Positions 27,300-39,404 are shown, counted from the whole stretch's first letter. The stretch is 63,333 nt of DNA, filler included, from Dirinaria sp. TL-2023a (GCA_051941275.1; 6 parts of 6 records of this genome joined end to end with filler, not necessarily neighbours in it), one strand, 5' to 3'. Numbers and translations are program-made. The notes: generated from the sequence alone by a model not told the origin.

Positions 27300-29310
27300 C
27301 TATCCTGTCATTGTACCATCACGCGTCATCAGCCCTTCTTCAGGCCTTGCCCTCTTCTCTGTCTCAGCAACCCTGTCTTCGTCGTCTTCCGGAGTTCCTG
27401 CTCTACAAGCCCAACTGTCAACGTATCGCAGAGTCTCTCGGTTCCAGAGCTTCTTCATGAATAGCAGCCGGATGGGTACCAATGCAATGATCACAACAGG
27501 GAACGCAGGAGCCCCTTTCGTCAACGTAATCACGAATATCAAGATGGTGGCGCTAATCTGCGCAGCGGTATATCCATGAATCGGCCAGTAGCCCTGAATC
27601 TTACTCGGCAGCGGTTGCAACTCTGACGGCGGAGTCAGGATGTGAAAGAAACGGTAGAGTACGGGACTTTAATTTGATTAGCCAGTTTTCCAGTAAAGGA
27701 GAAGGCTAAAGCGCTTACTTGGTAGACAGGCTCTGCTCGCCCATATACATAAACAGCCCGGCCAGGACACTTGTAGGTGTCAAGCCTAGTAGACGCTGGA
27801 ACGGTGGGGCAACAAACACCAAGATGGCACCTGCGTGCAAGAAGGAACTCCATCGCTGCTCATAGATTCTTCTCACTACTCTTACTTCTGGTTCCTCATC
27901 GATTTGGACAGATGATCGCGTTTCCTCCTTTTCATTGTGCAACAAGCTCTCAGAATGTAGAGGAGCTTGTGGCAGCAGGCCATTGGCGGGCGGTATACCC
28001 AAAATACCACACAAAGCAGTCGTACAGCCTAAGAGAGCGATATCCCAGGCAAAGCCAGCTGGCTTTTTAGTACCATAGCGACTAGTGGTACAGATAATAC
28101 AACTAACTTCGTGGTCGAAGAAAAATAGAACGGTGATGATCAGACCTGGGATAATAGCAGCAAAGATCCATTTGATATTCAAATGCCAAAATTTCACTAT
28201 AAACATTGATCGATCGGGGCTTGTTGGACGGAAAGTAGTACTGACTTGCAGGTTCTCTCTATCTAGTTGCTTCAATTCACCAACATGCGGCAAAGCGATG
28301 AAGATGACGATACTGATTGCTGCCGCATATTCGGAAAGACCCATGCGTAGGTAGCGATGGAAAAGTGGCTTCCAGTTCTCTGCCGTGGAGAGGAAAATTG
28401 CTACCAGCATCGTACCAATTGCGCCGATAATGCTGTAGAGGAAGGCTGCAAATGAAAGGCCTTCATGAGCGCGCTGCAATTCTTGGATGGCTTTGTGGAA
28501 GTAGATGATGCTATTCAGAAGCGAAAAGATCTCCGTTGAGAAGGTAGTCACGTAGCACATCGTCCAATCATGTGCGTTGACTATAGCTAGAAGGATATGC
28601 ATCCAGCCAGCATGGATAAGAGACCAGGCCATGAATGGAAGGAATTGGATCTACCGTATATTTTAGGCCACAGAATCATACAGCATGGCCATACCACTCA
28701 CGCCAAAAGAATTTGTACATAATGAGTAGATGTTTTCGGCCAGAACAGCGAAAGGGCCAGTGACGCCCAAGATCGTGAGAGGCTGTATAGAGAATCTGGA
28801 AGAGATCAATGATGAGTACAATGATAACTGTACACATTACGATATATCCTGAAGGCGGGTGTACAGCGCACGTAATGTCTGCCCCGTCAAGGCGTTCAAT
28901 AAGATTCAAAGCTACGAGGGAAACAATAAATCGGCAGATGATCGCTTGGATTGATGACTCGGCTGTTGGTTGGCAAGCATACAGCGCGGACTATATGTAC
29001 TGTGCCAGATTTGTGCTATCGAACAAAGACAGACTCGATGACAATAGACTCAGCTCACTTACAGTGCAAAAGTAACTCCACACAAGCCAGTACTAAATAC
29101 TACCTCGATAGTACCCCAAGACTGCCCGGTCAAGACATACAGGTCACTAGCGAAAGTGATGCCAGGGAGCAGGTTGGTGAAGAAAATGTATACAGCGCTT
29201 GCCACGATCAATTGGTTGAACACCGTCCAGTCAGACTTGTAGCGCTGCAAGAGGCTTTGAACATCTTGCCTAAGGAGTCGAAAAGGGCGGAATCGTTTGG
29301 GGGGTGTCAT
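27300..29310 (-). CDS. SLC4/HCO3- cotransporter family, BOR1-like borate efflux transporter (multi-exon)
   Basis: RYKSDW, YIFFTNLLPGITFASDL, PLTILGVTGP, VTTFSTEIFSLLNSIIY, LFFFDHEVS, KKPAGFAWD, GIPPANGLLPQAPLHS, EQRWS, VLAGLFMYMG, FPVVIIALVPIR. Start codon uncertain; first in-frame ATG used. Confidence 0.9.
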
Positions 29311-29726
29311 GACTTCTTGCAAATTGAAGGCAGCTAGATGGGACACCTAGATCGCGCTGTTCATGCGGTGGCATATCGAATTAGGGAGAACAAGTCTGCA
29401 TCATGCAACGCTGCTCGACAGACGGTTGAGGGAGCCAATCTCCAAAAAGACTGTAGCGAGATATTAACGCCAACGAGACTCCATCATACTAGTCTCAACG
29501 TTGTCCACCAACAGTACCCTGGTCTGACCCTAAGCATTTAGATAACAATATCTGTTTTAGCGTATGCGCATATCGGATATATTTGTTACCATCGATCATG
29601 GTCTGTGAAGTGTCTCGTGGCTCTCATTCAAGTAACGAGAAATCTTAAGAATACTGCCATCCTCAACAATCTGTGCCGGCCAATGCTCCGACTATCTGAC
29701 ACACAAGAGGAGCCGGACGTTGAAGC

Positions 29727-31307
29727 TCAAATGTCAACACTATCCATACAATGCCCACACCATCCGCAATCCTTGTCACAGAGTCCGTAATTCTCATCCC
29801 CTCCATAATAATAACCATCATATGCCGAACTAGTCGCATACTCAGTCTGCTCATTCTCAATAAAATCCCAATCCATGAAAGGGCGTGCTACAAAATGTGG
29901 AAAGGATGTTGCCACTGTAGGCGCTTTATTTTTACGCTTTGTGCTTGCGGCTCCTACTTTTCCCGAATTGCTCGGTTGTGGTTTGGCTGCAGGTCTAGCC
30001 TTTGCCTTCTGGCCTTTTTCTGTGTTTTTAGAGGCTGCTTTGGTGGAATTTCCTTTGGTACTGGTAGGCTGGAGAGGTGTTGTTGAAGCCGCGCTTGAAG
30101 CTTGCTTCAAACGTGCAAGGTGCGGTTTGCCAGCCAAATGATCTGTTTGCTGCGTCTCGAGCATGTCTCGACTGCATATTTTACATGTCCACTCCAGGTG
30201 TTTCGTGGCAGAAGACTTCTTAATGTCGATCTTTGCGGTCCCTTTTCCACGAGCTGCGATGCTATTCCTTGTCGGTAGCTGCGTAGGCGGTGATGAATGT
30301 GCAGGCGTAGCATTAGCAGTTTTTGGTGTCACCTTTCCCGCTCTGAGGTCTGCGATCAGAAGTGATGGCCGTGGTTCATTGTTTCCCATCAACGAACGAT
30401 CCGTCAAGCCTGCAACAAGCTGTTTCTCTGCCTGTCGATGAGCGGCTTTCGCGGCACTCACCTCTGCAGCACTTGGCTTCATCTTTTCAATTTCCCTCAC
30501 AGCAAGCTTCCCCTTCTTCTTTGTTTCTCTCGCACCAGTGTTCTTTGGTTTGTTTTTCTTCCCATTTTTGACCGCACTCGCCCATGGACTTAAAACTTTG
30601 TCTTTCCCATGAGGATCATAAGTTGCATCCTTGGACATCAAAAGTCTCTTTGTGGTTTCCTCCTGAACACGTCTAAGCCACTTTGCACCAATCCTATGCG
30701 AGTACACGTCCCACAGGACTGGAAGAAACTCCACGTCTTGTGCACAATAGAGGATTATATCTGGTATTATGGGCCGATGATTGAAGATCTCATATGATCC
30801 ACCATGGTCTTCAGCAAATAAAACCTTTCCCCTCTCTTTTGTGGCTTTCCAAAGCTGTATTTCGCTCGCCTGAAGCCGCGCGTCTTTCTGAATGCAATAC
30901 CCAAGCCCGACCAGCCAATCCCTAGGCCATGACCGCGTCGCTAGCTCCAACAGCTGGATATCATGTACACATTGCAGTGAGACGCTGAAATGGGCATATA
31001 AGGCATCAGCATCATTACGGACGTCGAAAAAGACTTTAGGTACTAGCGCAGATTCGAGGATCGAGCGTAACGTCGCACCAGATCGATTGGCGGTGGAAAA
31101 GGCTGCTTCTTGGAGAACGAAAATGTCGATGAGAAAGATATGGTTATGAGGCAAATGGAATAGTTGTATGATGGAAATGGAACCGTGCCGAGAAAGCGCA
31201 ATGCCTTCAATATCTAGATATAGAGAGGGTGGGTTCGTTGGCTGGTTTTCGAGGGCATCGAGCATGGAAACCAATGAGTCTAAGGAGTCGATGATACTGA
31301 TGGCCAT
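29727..31307 (-). CDS. DEDDy 3'-5' exonuclease (EXD1/Egalitarian-like) with a C2H2-type zinc finger and a C-terminal Cys cluster
   Basis: ExoI LYLDIEG, ExoII FFDVRNDADAL, DIQLLE, ExoIII YCAQDV; CKICSRDMLETQQTDHLAGKPH; terminal LCDKDCGWCGHC; 526-aa intronless ORF. Confidence 0.87.
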   Translation of the reverse strand: MAISIIDSLDSLVSMLDALENQPTNPPSLYLDIEGIALSRHGSISIIQLFHLPHNHIFLIDIFVLQEAAFSTANRSGATLRSILESALVPKVFFDVRNDADALYAHFSVSLQCVHDIQLLELATRSWPRDWLVGLGYCIQKDARLQASEIQLWKATKERGKVLFAEDHGGSYEIFNHRPIIPDIILYCAQDVEFLPVLWDVYSHRIGAKWLRRVQEETTKRLLMSKDATYDPHGKDKVLSPWASAVKNGKKNKPKNTGARETKKKGKLAVREIEKMKPSAAEVSAAKAAHRQAEKQLVAGLTDRSLMGNNEPRPSLLIADLRAGKVTPKTANATPAHSSPPTQLPTRNSIAARGKGTAKIDIKKSSATKHLEWTCKICSRDMLETQQTDHLAGKPHLARLKQASSAASTTPLQPTSTKGNSTKAASKNTEKGQKAKARPAAKPQPSNSGKVGAASTKRKNKAPTVATSFPHFVARPFMDWDFIENEQTEYATSSAYDGYYYGGDENYGLCDKDCGWCGHCMDSVDI

Positions 31308-31640
31308 AGTGTGGTCTTTGAGCGATGGGTTTCACGAATCTGCGGGATATCTTCCAGGCGCACACTATTAATAGTAGCTAAGTCAGGTGAGTCAGGGTAG
31401 ACTTATGACTCTAGGAATCATCGATGGGGGGATCGCAGGTTATATGTTTCAAGGTGATACCAACAAGGGCTAAGATGAGAACTATTGGACGATGCAAACA
31501 GGGAGCTACATGCATATTAACGGAAGCAGCTCGACTTAAGACCGATGCGGCAAAGGTGGCTGAGGTCTGGGAGGTTCTCCTACTCTGCAGCACGGGTTGA
31601 CAGCGCATCGGAAAAGTTTCAACTCATCTTGTCAGCTGTC

Positions 31641-31740
31641 NNNNNNNNNNNNNNNNNNNNNNNNNNNNNNNNNNNNNNNNNNNNTTAATTAATTAANNNN
31701 NNNNNNNNNNNNNNNNNNNNNNNNNNNNNNNNNNNNNNNN
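31641..31740. other. Artificial contig linker
   Basis: 44N + TTAATTAATTAA + 44N. Confidence 0.98.
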
Positions 31741-33500
31741 CTGAGGTAGATGTTGTTGGACTTCGGCTTCTGTCAGTAGTGCGGAGTAGGAGACAGCGAA
31801 GAAACAAGGCTAATGGAGATTAGTTACGTGCTCTTTTTAAGACAGAGATATGGGTTGAACTCAGCTTCTGCCAGTGAGAGAGAGAGAGAAAGAGCCGGCT
31901 GGAAGAGCCAAACGGATCTTGAAAGAAGGTTAGTTGGTGCTTAGAAGGAAAAAGGATATGAAGGTGGGTCCTTAGCTTTTGCATGGTGTGCGATGGCTGT
32001 GATTTTAAATCATGAAGGAATTATGACGCAAGAAGCTACAGTAAGTGCAGGAAGAAAGAAACATGCTTAGCTTCTCGCGCCTTGTTATCGGACTTCCTTA
32101 CTTACAGTCGTTCAAGAATGGTAGCAAATCGACTCGGGCAAGAGAAGAAAATAGATTGAATAAAAAAAAACCAAATCGAGACATTGAAGAACTAAGCAGC
32201 TAGCTAGCGCAGATTAGTCGATATTCGATTAAAGCTCAGGTAGATGTGAGGACTTAGCTTTTGTCAGTACGAATAAGAGGCAGCGAAGAACAAAGCCTAG
32301 CGCAGATCAGCTACATATTCGATTGAGAAATGAGGTATGAGTTGGACTTAGCTTCTGCTGGAGAGCGAGCTAAAGACGATGAAATCTCTTGAAGAAAAGA
32401 TCTGCCAGTGGTTCAAAAGAAAAAGAAGATGTGGTGGTAAGCCTTAGCTTTTGCATGCACGCAACGGCTGTGACCTGTCGGACAGGACCTTGATCATGGA
32501 TAAGATACATGGCTTTACCAGATCGCGGTCTCGGCAGTGATGGGTTTACCAACAGGCTAACCTACTAAACCAGGTCAGTGGCTTGTATGGTTGCTTAGCT
32601 TACTGAGGTACTTATGTCAAGGGTTGTAACATGAACAAGTCACGTAGAAGGCTGGCTACGACAAGGACTGGAAGGATTATGAAGTACATGCTGAAGTATC
32701 TCACGCCCAAGTCAAGGGCTAGCAAATGCATTGCTTTGTATCAGAGAAAAGATAACAGCAAAGGGTATAGTGAAGGATAAGTGGCTGGCGAAGATTAGGG
32801 ATACTGAGTTGAAACTGATGTATGTATGGGACTTAGCTTCTATCAAGACGAGAGAGAGCCATCGAAGTACAAGTCTAACGAAAATTAGCTATACTCAGTT
32901 AAGCTGACGGACGTTTCAAACTTAGCTTCTGCCAGTGCGAGAGGGAGCTGGTTAAAAGGGCCATACGCAACTTGAAGAAAGTTAGCCAGTGCTTAAAAGG
33001 GAAAGAAGAGGATGATTTTGAGTCTTATCTTTTGCATGCGTGCGATGACTGCAACCAAGTCATGAAAAGAATATGATACAAAAAGCTACGATAAGAAAAG
33101 CAAAAAATGCTAAGCTACCCACGCCATATACCGGACTACCTACTCATACCCAGCCAAGAAGGGGCCAACAACTACCATATCTTGGGCAAGAGAAAAGATA
33201 AAGCGAAGAAGTTAAGGCTAGCTAGATGAGATTAGCGACGCTCAGTCAGACTGACGTAGGTGTTCGACTTAGCTTCTGAGAGAGGTTCAACGAAGAACAA
33301 GTGGCTTGCGAATATTAGCTGTGCCCAGTTGAGGCTGACGTATGGTTGAGCTTAGCTTGTATCAGTACGAAGGAGAGCTACGTCAGCTAAAGGTTATAGG
33401 TAGAAAATTTGAAAAAGGTCAGCCAATGCTAAAAAAAAAGAAAGATCATAGTGGTAAGTCTTAATTTCTACATGTATGCATTGGCAGTGATCGGCACAAA
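31741..33500. repeat. Degenerate tandem repeat array with higher-order duplication
   Basis: Core (g/a)acttagctt(c/t)tg recurs many times (e.g. ~31858, 32251, 32346, 32830, 32919, 33266, 33350). Block 31858-32150 resembles 32919-33190. No long ORF. Confidence 0.7.
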
Positions 33501-33746
33501 CCTGGGAAGATGTTGCCAGTATTAGAGGGGAGAACACTTAAATTGTTCGAGCCGGAGGTTGGCGTGGATAGAGGGAAGGATTGAAGGAGGGCCGTGGGGT
33601 TAGGGCGGTGCCGCGTGGAAAGGAAGGGAGGAAGAATGGAAGAATGGAGGGAGGATTCTTGGCTCTGAGTACTGCAAGCAGCATCAGGTTCGTAGCCGGC
33701 ACCACGTACAGGTGATCCTCATCGCCGGCCCCGGAAGCTACCAAAA

Positions 33747-34106
33747 GTTAGCAAGTCATCAGAAGCAACGGGAAGGGGGGTACACCAAGATGACACTAGA
33801 CCAGCAAAAGACAAGGAGCATGACCTGCAATACCGTTAGTAAGTCATGAGAAGCAACGGGAGGGGGGCTACACCAAGATGACACTAGACCAGCAAAAGAC
33901 AAGGAGCATGACCTGCAATACCGTTAGCAAGTCATGAGAAGCAACGGGAGGGGGGCTACACCAAGATGACACTAGACCAGCAAAAGACAAGGTGCATAAA
34001 CTGCAATACCGTTAGCAAGTCATGAGAAGCAACGGGAGGGGGGGTACACCAAGATGACACTAGATCAGCAACATACAAGGAGCATAAACTGCAGTACCGT
34101 TAGCAA
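33747..34106. repeat. Minisatellite: 4 near-identical 88-bp units plus a partial fifth
   Basis: Units start gttagcaagtcat at 33747, 33835, 33923 and 34011; partial unit at 34099. Confidence 0.95.
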
Positions 34107-34201
34107 AACCACAGGGTGACCGGCTGATGATAAGCCGCAAAAATACTAATAGATATGTGTAGTAAATAAGGTAAGCAAGGAAAAAAGTGCCAGTGCTGAA
34201 G

Positions 34202-34460
34202 GGAGTGTGCAGTAACAGAAGTAGGCCTAACAGCCCGAGATTTTGTCAGACATTTTATGGGTATTAATGCTTTTTTTGCTGGGCTAGTAAACCCTTTTCA
34301 TGCCAGAAGTGAAGGGGAAGAAAAGGAAAAAAGGGGAAGAAAGGGAAGAAACAGTGCAAAGGAGTGTGCAATAACAGAAATAGGCCTAACAGCCCGAGCT
34401 TTTGTCAGACTTTTTGTGGGTATTAATGCTTTTTTTGGTGGGCCTGGCAAACCCTTTTTT
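34202..34460 (+). repeat. Imperfect ~95-bp direct repeat (2 copies)
   Basis: ggagtgtgca.taacagaa.taggcctaacagcccgag.ttttgtcagac...gggtattaatgctttttt at ~34202 and ~34361. Confidence 0.85.
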
Positions 34461-34602
34461 GTGTTTTGGGGAAGTGGATACAGATGGGGAGGGAAGGGGC
34501 GGCATCGACCTTGCTGCCGGGCCAAAAACTCAGAGAACTGAGTCTCCCGGTGCGTGAGCTTGCCTGTCAGATACCAGTGCGCAAGGCGCACGGCAACTGC
34601 AA

Positions 34603-36774
34603 TTACCAGTCCCTATAATCCAGCATCTCAAAGAGCGGAGGGATCTCCGGACGAAAATCGTCCATCTTCCACTGCGGCATCCTGAGATGCGTGATGGGGT
34701 CGGCATTGCAGTTGCCGTGGACTTGAGGATACCGATTGCAGCCGGGGTTTGTGCAGCCCTTGTGACAGAAGTTCACATTCACACCGTCATCGGAATACAG
34801 TGGGGACCACCGAGATGATCCCCACACATAGGTGTACTCGTCGGTGGTGCCTGGATCCAATGTCCAGCCCACCAACTGCGCACCTATGATCTTCCTCGGG
34901 TCAGGGTAGCAGTGGACGGAAGGGCCTAACCCGCAGAGGGGTTTCCCATCTTGAAAGATCCACGATCCCGGCTCGGTAAACTGTCAAGCAAAAACGTTAG
35001 AATGTGATCAAGCAAGTAGCGGAGATGCAGAAGAGTAGCAAGCGAGGTGGAAGCGGAGGCAGGGATGGAATGGAAGGCGAAGAGCGGATGCAGGGCGAGG
35101 GCATGGAAGAAGACAAAATGACAGGAGCACGAAGTAGAATTGGCGGAGAGCTTGGGGAAAGGCAGCAGTGGGCAAAGGAGGATGGAGGGGCAGGCAACGA
35201 TTACCGAAGTTGGAAGGCGATGGGTAGGTGCACAGGAGGTAGCTGGGGGCTGGGGCTATCGGCACGAGGCTCGGCGCCGCTGAAGAGTGCAGGTGAAGAG
35301 GAGGAAGGGGAGCTGGAGTCATCGGCACAAGGCTCAACGCTGCCAGAAGATGTGCAGGTGAAGCATTGGGAATGGGGCCATGGAAGATAGGCTGGACAAT
35401 GCCAAAAAAAAAAAAAGTGCAGAGGCAGAGGATGGGAGGCAAGCCGAAGCCGCCAGACCTAGGCTCAACGGCGCCAAAGGCAGGTGTGCAACTGCCGCAA
35501 GGGAAGCCAGAAGAAGCAAAGGAACCAAGATGGCCAGGGGTAAAAGAAAGGCGGAGGGTGAACTGGATCGTGTAGCAAAACGGTGAAGATGGAGCAACGA
35601 AGCTGGATGGAGGAGGGAAAGGCAGCAAGGAAGAAGCAGGCGGTGAAAGGAAAGAAAGGAAAAGAAATCAAGCCAGAGGAGAAAAGAAAAGACAAATTCT
35701 TACCTGCACAATACCAATCCACCTCTTGAAGAGGTGGACGTCCTTGCGCACAACCTGTTCCTCCCGGTCCAGATGCTCATCATCGAACCTCACCCGCTTG
35801 ACAGAGCACGCGCTGCCGGGCTTACGCAGGCTGCTTTTGACGGCAGGCTCCGCCGGCGGCGGTGATGCCAATGGGGTTGGCTCTACTGGAAAGAAGTCAG
35901 CGGAGCGCCTTGAGCAGGAGGATGGGGAGGAGAACTCACGAGACACGGTCGGCGACAGGTGCCCAGAAGATGAGGGGGGGGAAGGGAAAGTCATCGTGGT
36001 GGCCAGCAATTGAGATTCTGGCCAATGGACACGACGACCTCGCGACTTGGTCGAGGAAGCCCGGAAGTCGACAGGGGACGTAGCCCTGAAGTTGACCGCC
36101 CTGCCTCTGACGGGGGGGGCAGTCCGAAACTTGACAAGGGGCTTGGGCTTCTCGACCGGCCGAGGAGCAGCCTGCTGGGGAACAGGCCGCAATGGAACTG
36201 CATTGCGGCGCTGCGAGCTCGCTGCCGGTGCTTGGGGATTTCTCCCGGCATCAGCAGCGAGTCTCTCCCTGCGAGCTTCAAAGCGAGCTTTGACTGCTCG
36301 GGCACGCGCGAGGGTCTCGGGCTCGGGGCTTTGCACACGAGGTGCGGCGGCCGGCCGAGCCCGAGGGGGAAGGGAAGGGGCAGCAGCAGGAGCAGCCTGT
36401 GACCTGGCCTGCGCGCTGGTGCGAGAAGAGGCAGAGGTGGGGAACACTGGCCTGGGGGCTGACCGAGTGCTAGAGCCGAGCTTAGAAGCTGGCTCAGTCC
36501 ATGGGCGAGGACGCTCGGCACGAAGCCGAGCGCGCAAGAGAAGATCCGTGCGATGAGCCCTCGCCATGTCTTGCGACAGGCTACTCGGCACTCGCTGCGG
36601 AGAGCTTCCCTTGACAGACTGCTCCGCCCATGGACGTGGACGCTCGGCACGAAGCCGAGCGCGCAAGAGGAGATCCGCACTGCGAGCCTTCGCCATGTCT
36701 TGCGACAGGCTACTCAACTCTGGCAGCGGAGAGCGACGAGGGAGGGAAGTGATGCAGGTCCTCACCGCTGACAT
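34603..36774 (-). CDS. Orphan two-exon gene: Arg/Pro/Ser-rich disordered N-terminus plus a Cys/His/Trp-rich C-terminal domain (~480 aa)
   Basis: TATATAAA on the minus strand at ~36893-36900; ATG at 36774 (MSAVRT). Donor CAG|GTAAGA at 35703; branch/acceptor CTAAC...GACAG ending at 34981. The phase-0 join is in frame with ORF 34603-34875. Confidence 0.62.
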
Positions 36775-37727
36775 TGTGTGTGCGAGTGTGTGTATGCAAA
36801 TTTGTGTATGTGTGCCAAAGAAAACGTGTATGGGTAAACGCAATGTGCCGGTGAGGACGAGGAGAAAAGAGGGGGAACGGGGGGAACGAGGGTTTATATA
36901 CTGGAGATCGGGCGCCGGACTGAGCCTGGGAGTCAGGATGAGGGATTTAGCAAGTTGGGAGAGAATGGAGTTCGGCATGGGAATGCCGGACGCCTCTGGT
37001 ATAGTATAATACCTCATTGAGAAGAATCGGCGGATACACGGGAGTAAGGCCGGTAGGGGAATGCTCAACGGCTTTGTAGAATACCTAATCAAGGCAATTG
37101 AGCGAGTATAAGAGAGTCAGGTTGGCCGGGGAATGCCCAACGCTTCGGATATAGTAGAAAGAATGACTAGCCAAGACAATGAGTAAGTATGAGGGATTAA
37201 TTCTGGTGGGCAGATGCCTAACGCCTCTGATCTAGTAAAGATACCTGATCGAGGAAAATGAGCGGGTATGCGGGAGTAAGTCCGGTATAGGAGTATTCAA
37301 CACCTGTGATGGAGTAGAGTATATCTGATTGAGAGCACACTGAATCGCGGCAAAACCTTCCTTCAAGAAAGTACGTCACCACATCTTTGTTGCCTGGGAG
37401 AGACGAGATGCCGTATCATGGGAGAGAAGATATAGCATCGAGAAAAGGCCCCAGGCACTTTTCGAAATCATTGGTTCCAGAACCACACAAGGATTCCTGA
37501 TCCCTGCTTGAATATGGATAAATTTTTTGAGAGAAGTGCTTTGGCATTAACTGACTAGCCAGAAGTTCAAAGAGTATTTGATGGCTTAAATTTCCAACAT
37601 GACTATACTATTTGGTTGTTTGAAACCTTCGTGGTGAGATACAAATGCAAAATGCACGAGATACACAGACTAAAATGTATAGAAAAGACGCAAAGCCCTG
37701 ACATTATGATCGTTAGTCGATTCGCAC

Positions 37728-39404
37728 TCAGCAACAAGTTGCCCGGTTCGGACCGTCTCTCCAAAGCTTGAAACCACCCGGCACCAACCTTTGGAAAACT
37801 CTCAGAGGATCATATCGCTGGCTCACGACCCTCAGAAAGTTGACGTTACCTTGTCCATAGCTCGCTATCGGATCTTGCTGCTGCAGGGCGTAGTTCAAAT
37901 ACAGATACTCATTATATAGGCCTTCAGACTTGGCATAAGCGACAGCTTGAGTGATGAGGGTCTCCGTGGCGTTGTTGATTGCTTCGTCTGAGGAGGCAGA
38001 TGACCATTGTACGGTGATGTCCAGCCAAACTAGATCCTCCTTTCCATCCAATCCGAGTGAATTGCCGCCACTGGCCGCACCTCGGCTTGTGATCGAACGA
38101 GGCATTGGCTGCAGAACAATACTGGCCTGGAAATCGGGCACGTTTTGAACCGGCTGGTATGCAGTTTCGGCTAGCGAGAGTATCTTTGCGAACATAGTTG
38201 CATTATTTGCAAACGTAGCGGTACCGAAGAGCTGCCTGAAGCCATTCGGTGTCGCCGCTCCTGTTTCGATCGTAATATCTGTCAGATTTGTAATGCGCAT
38301 AGTATTTGAATACTGGGGCTGTATGTTGGTGAGATTCTTCAAGATGTCCGGATATTCCTCTGCTTTTGTATACGTGTACTGATTTGCCACAACTTCTGGC
38401 CCATAGGAGCCAATGATGTAGGCGTTGATAACAGTAGCGTAGTTGTCTACCTCTGCACCAGATGCGGTGGTAAAATCCTGAAGCGCTTGGATCTGAGCAG
38501 GGACGCTGGAATAAGGGTAAGCTATGAAGCCACCCCAAAGCTTGGCTTGGGGGAATGTTCTGATATCGAACCGTGTGACTATGCCAAAATTGTTCGAGCC
38601 GCCTTTAAGCGCTTTGAATAGGTCGGAGAAGGTGTAGTGGTTTGCGTTAATGATTTGGCCCGAGGCAAGGACGATCTAAAGCGACATCAGCAGATACAAT
38701 CGGCCTGACTGATGCTTCTCACCTCATAGTTCTTGACATTATCGCAGGCAAACCCGTATCTTGGAGCAAAGTAGGAATTACCTCCACCCAGAGTGAGGCC
38801 TCCGACACCGACGTCATATACTCGGCCACCTGGTATTGCGAGGTTCATCTCGTCAAGCTTAAGGTAGACGTCTTCCCAGCGAGCACCAGCACCCACTGAC
38901 GTAGTCGTCTTGTCCCTGGACACGCTCACAGCATTGATTGTGCTCAGGTCGATGGTCACACCAGACTGAATGTTCGCAGCGCCAGCCCAAGACATATGGC
39001 CACCGCCTCGGACAGCAAATTTGCAGTTGGCCGAAGCCAGAACAGAGACGGCCTGCGAGACGTCTTGGGCATTGTTGGGTGTGAATCTGCATGTAGGGAT
39101 GACAGACTGCTCCTGCTGCGTCCAGTACCCTTGACTACCATTTTGCTGGTTTTGAAAGGTTTCTGAGTTCGCGAATGAAACCAGATTCTTGTTGATCAAG
39201 ATTCCAAACCCTTGAACGGCTTCTACAAGTTGGCACTGGGGATAGGCATGTGAGCAAATATCTACATTCGAGGACTTGCAAACTAACACATCTCTTGCCT
39301 GCTGCAGCCTCGTCGCTTGTCAGTTCATCTCGAGGTATATGCTTCTTGATGTGGTAGGCATGTGACAAGTAAGTGAAGCACAGGAGAAGGACTGATTTCA
39401 TCAT
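37728..39404 (-). CDS. Secreted FAD-linked oxidoreductase (FAD_binding_4 / berberine-bridge-enzyme-like), 3 exons
   Basis: Signal peptide MMKSVLLLCFTYLSHA; FAVRGGGH (covalent FAD His); VGVGGLTLGGG; ALKGGSNNFGIVTRFD; YLNYA...YDPLRVFQRLVPGGFKL. Confidence 0.92.

Noticed and set aside
33747..34106. CRISPR-like array
   Set aside because: Units are near-identical along their whole length with no unique spacers; eukaryotic context; no cas genes.
35004..35722. Overlapping ORFs of 66-206 aa on both strands
   Set aside because: Low-complexity purine/pyrimidine-skewed sequence inside the predicted 723-nt intron.
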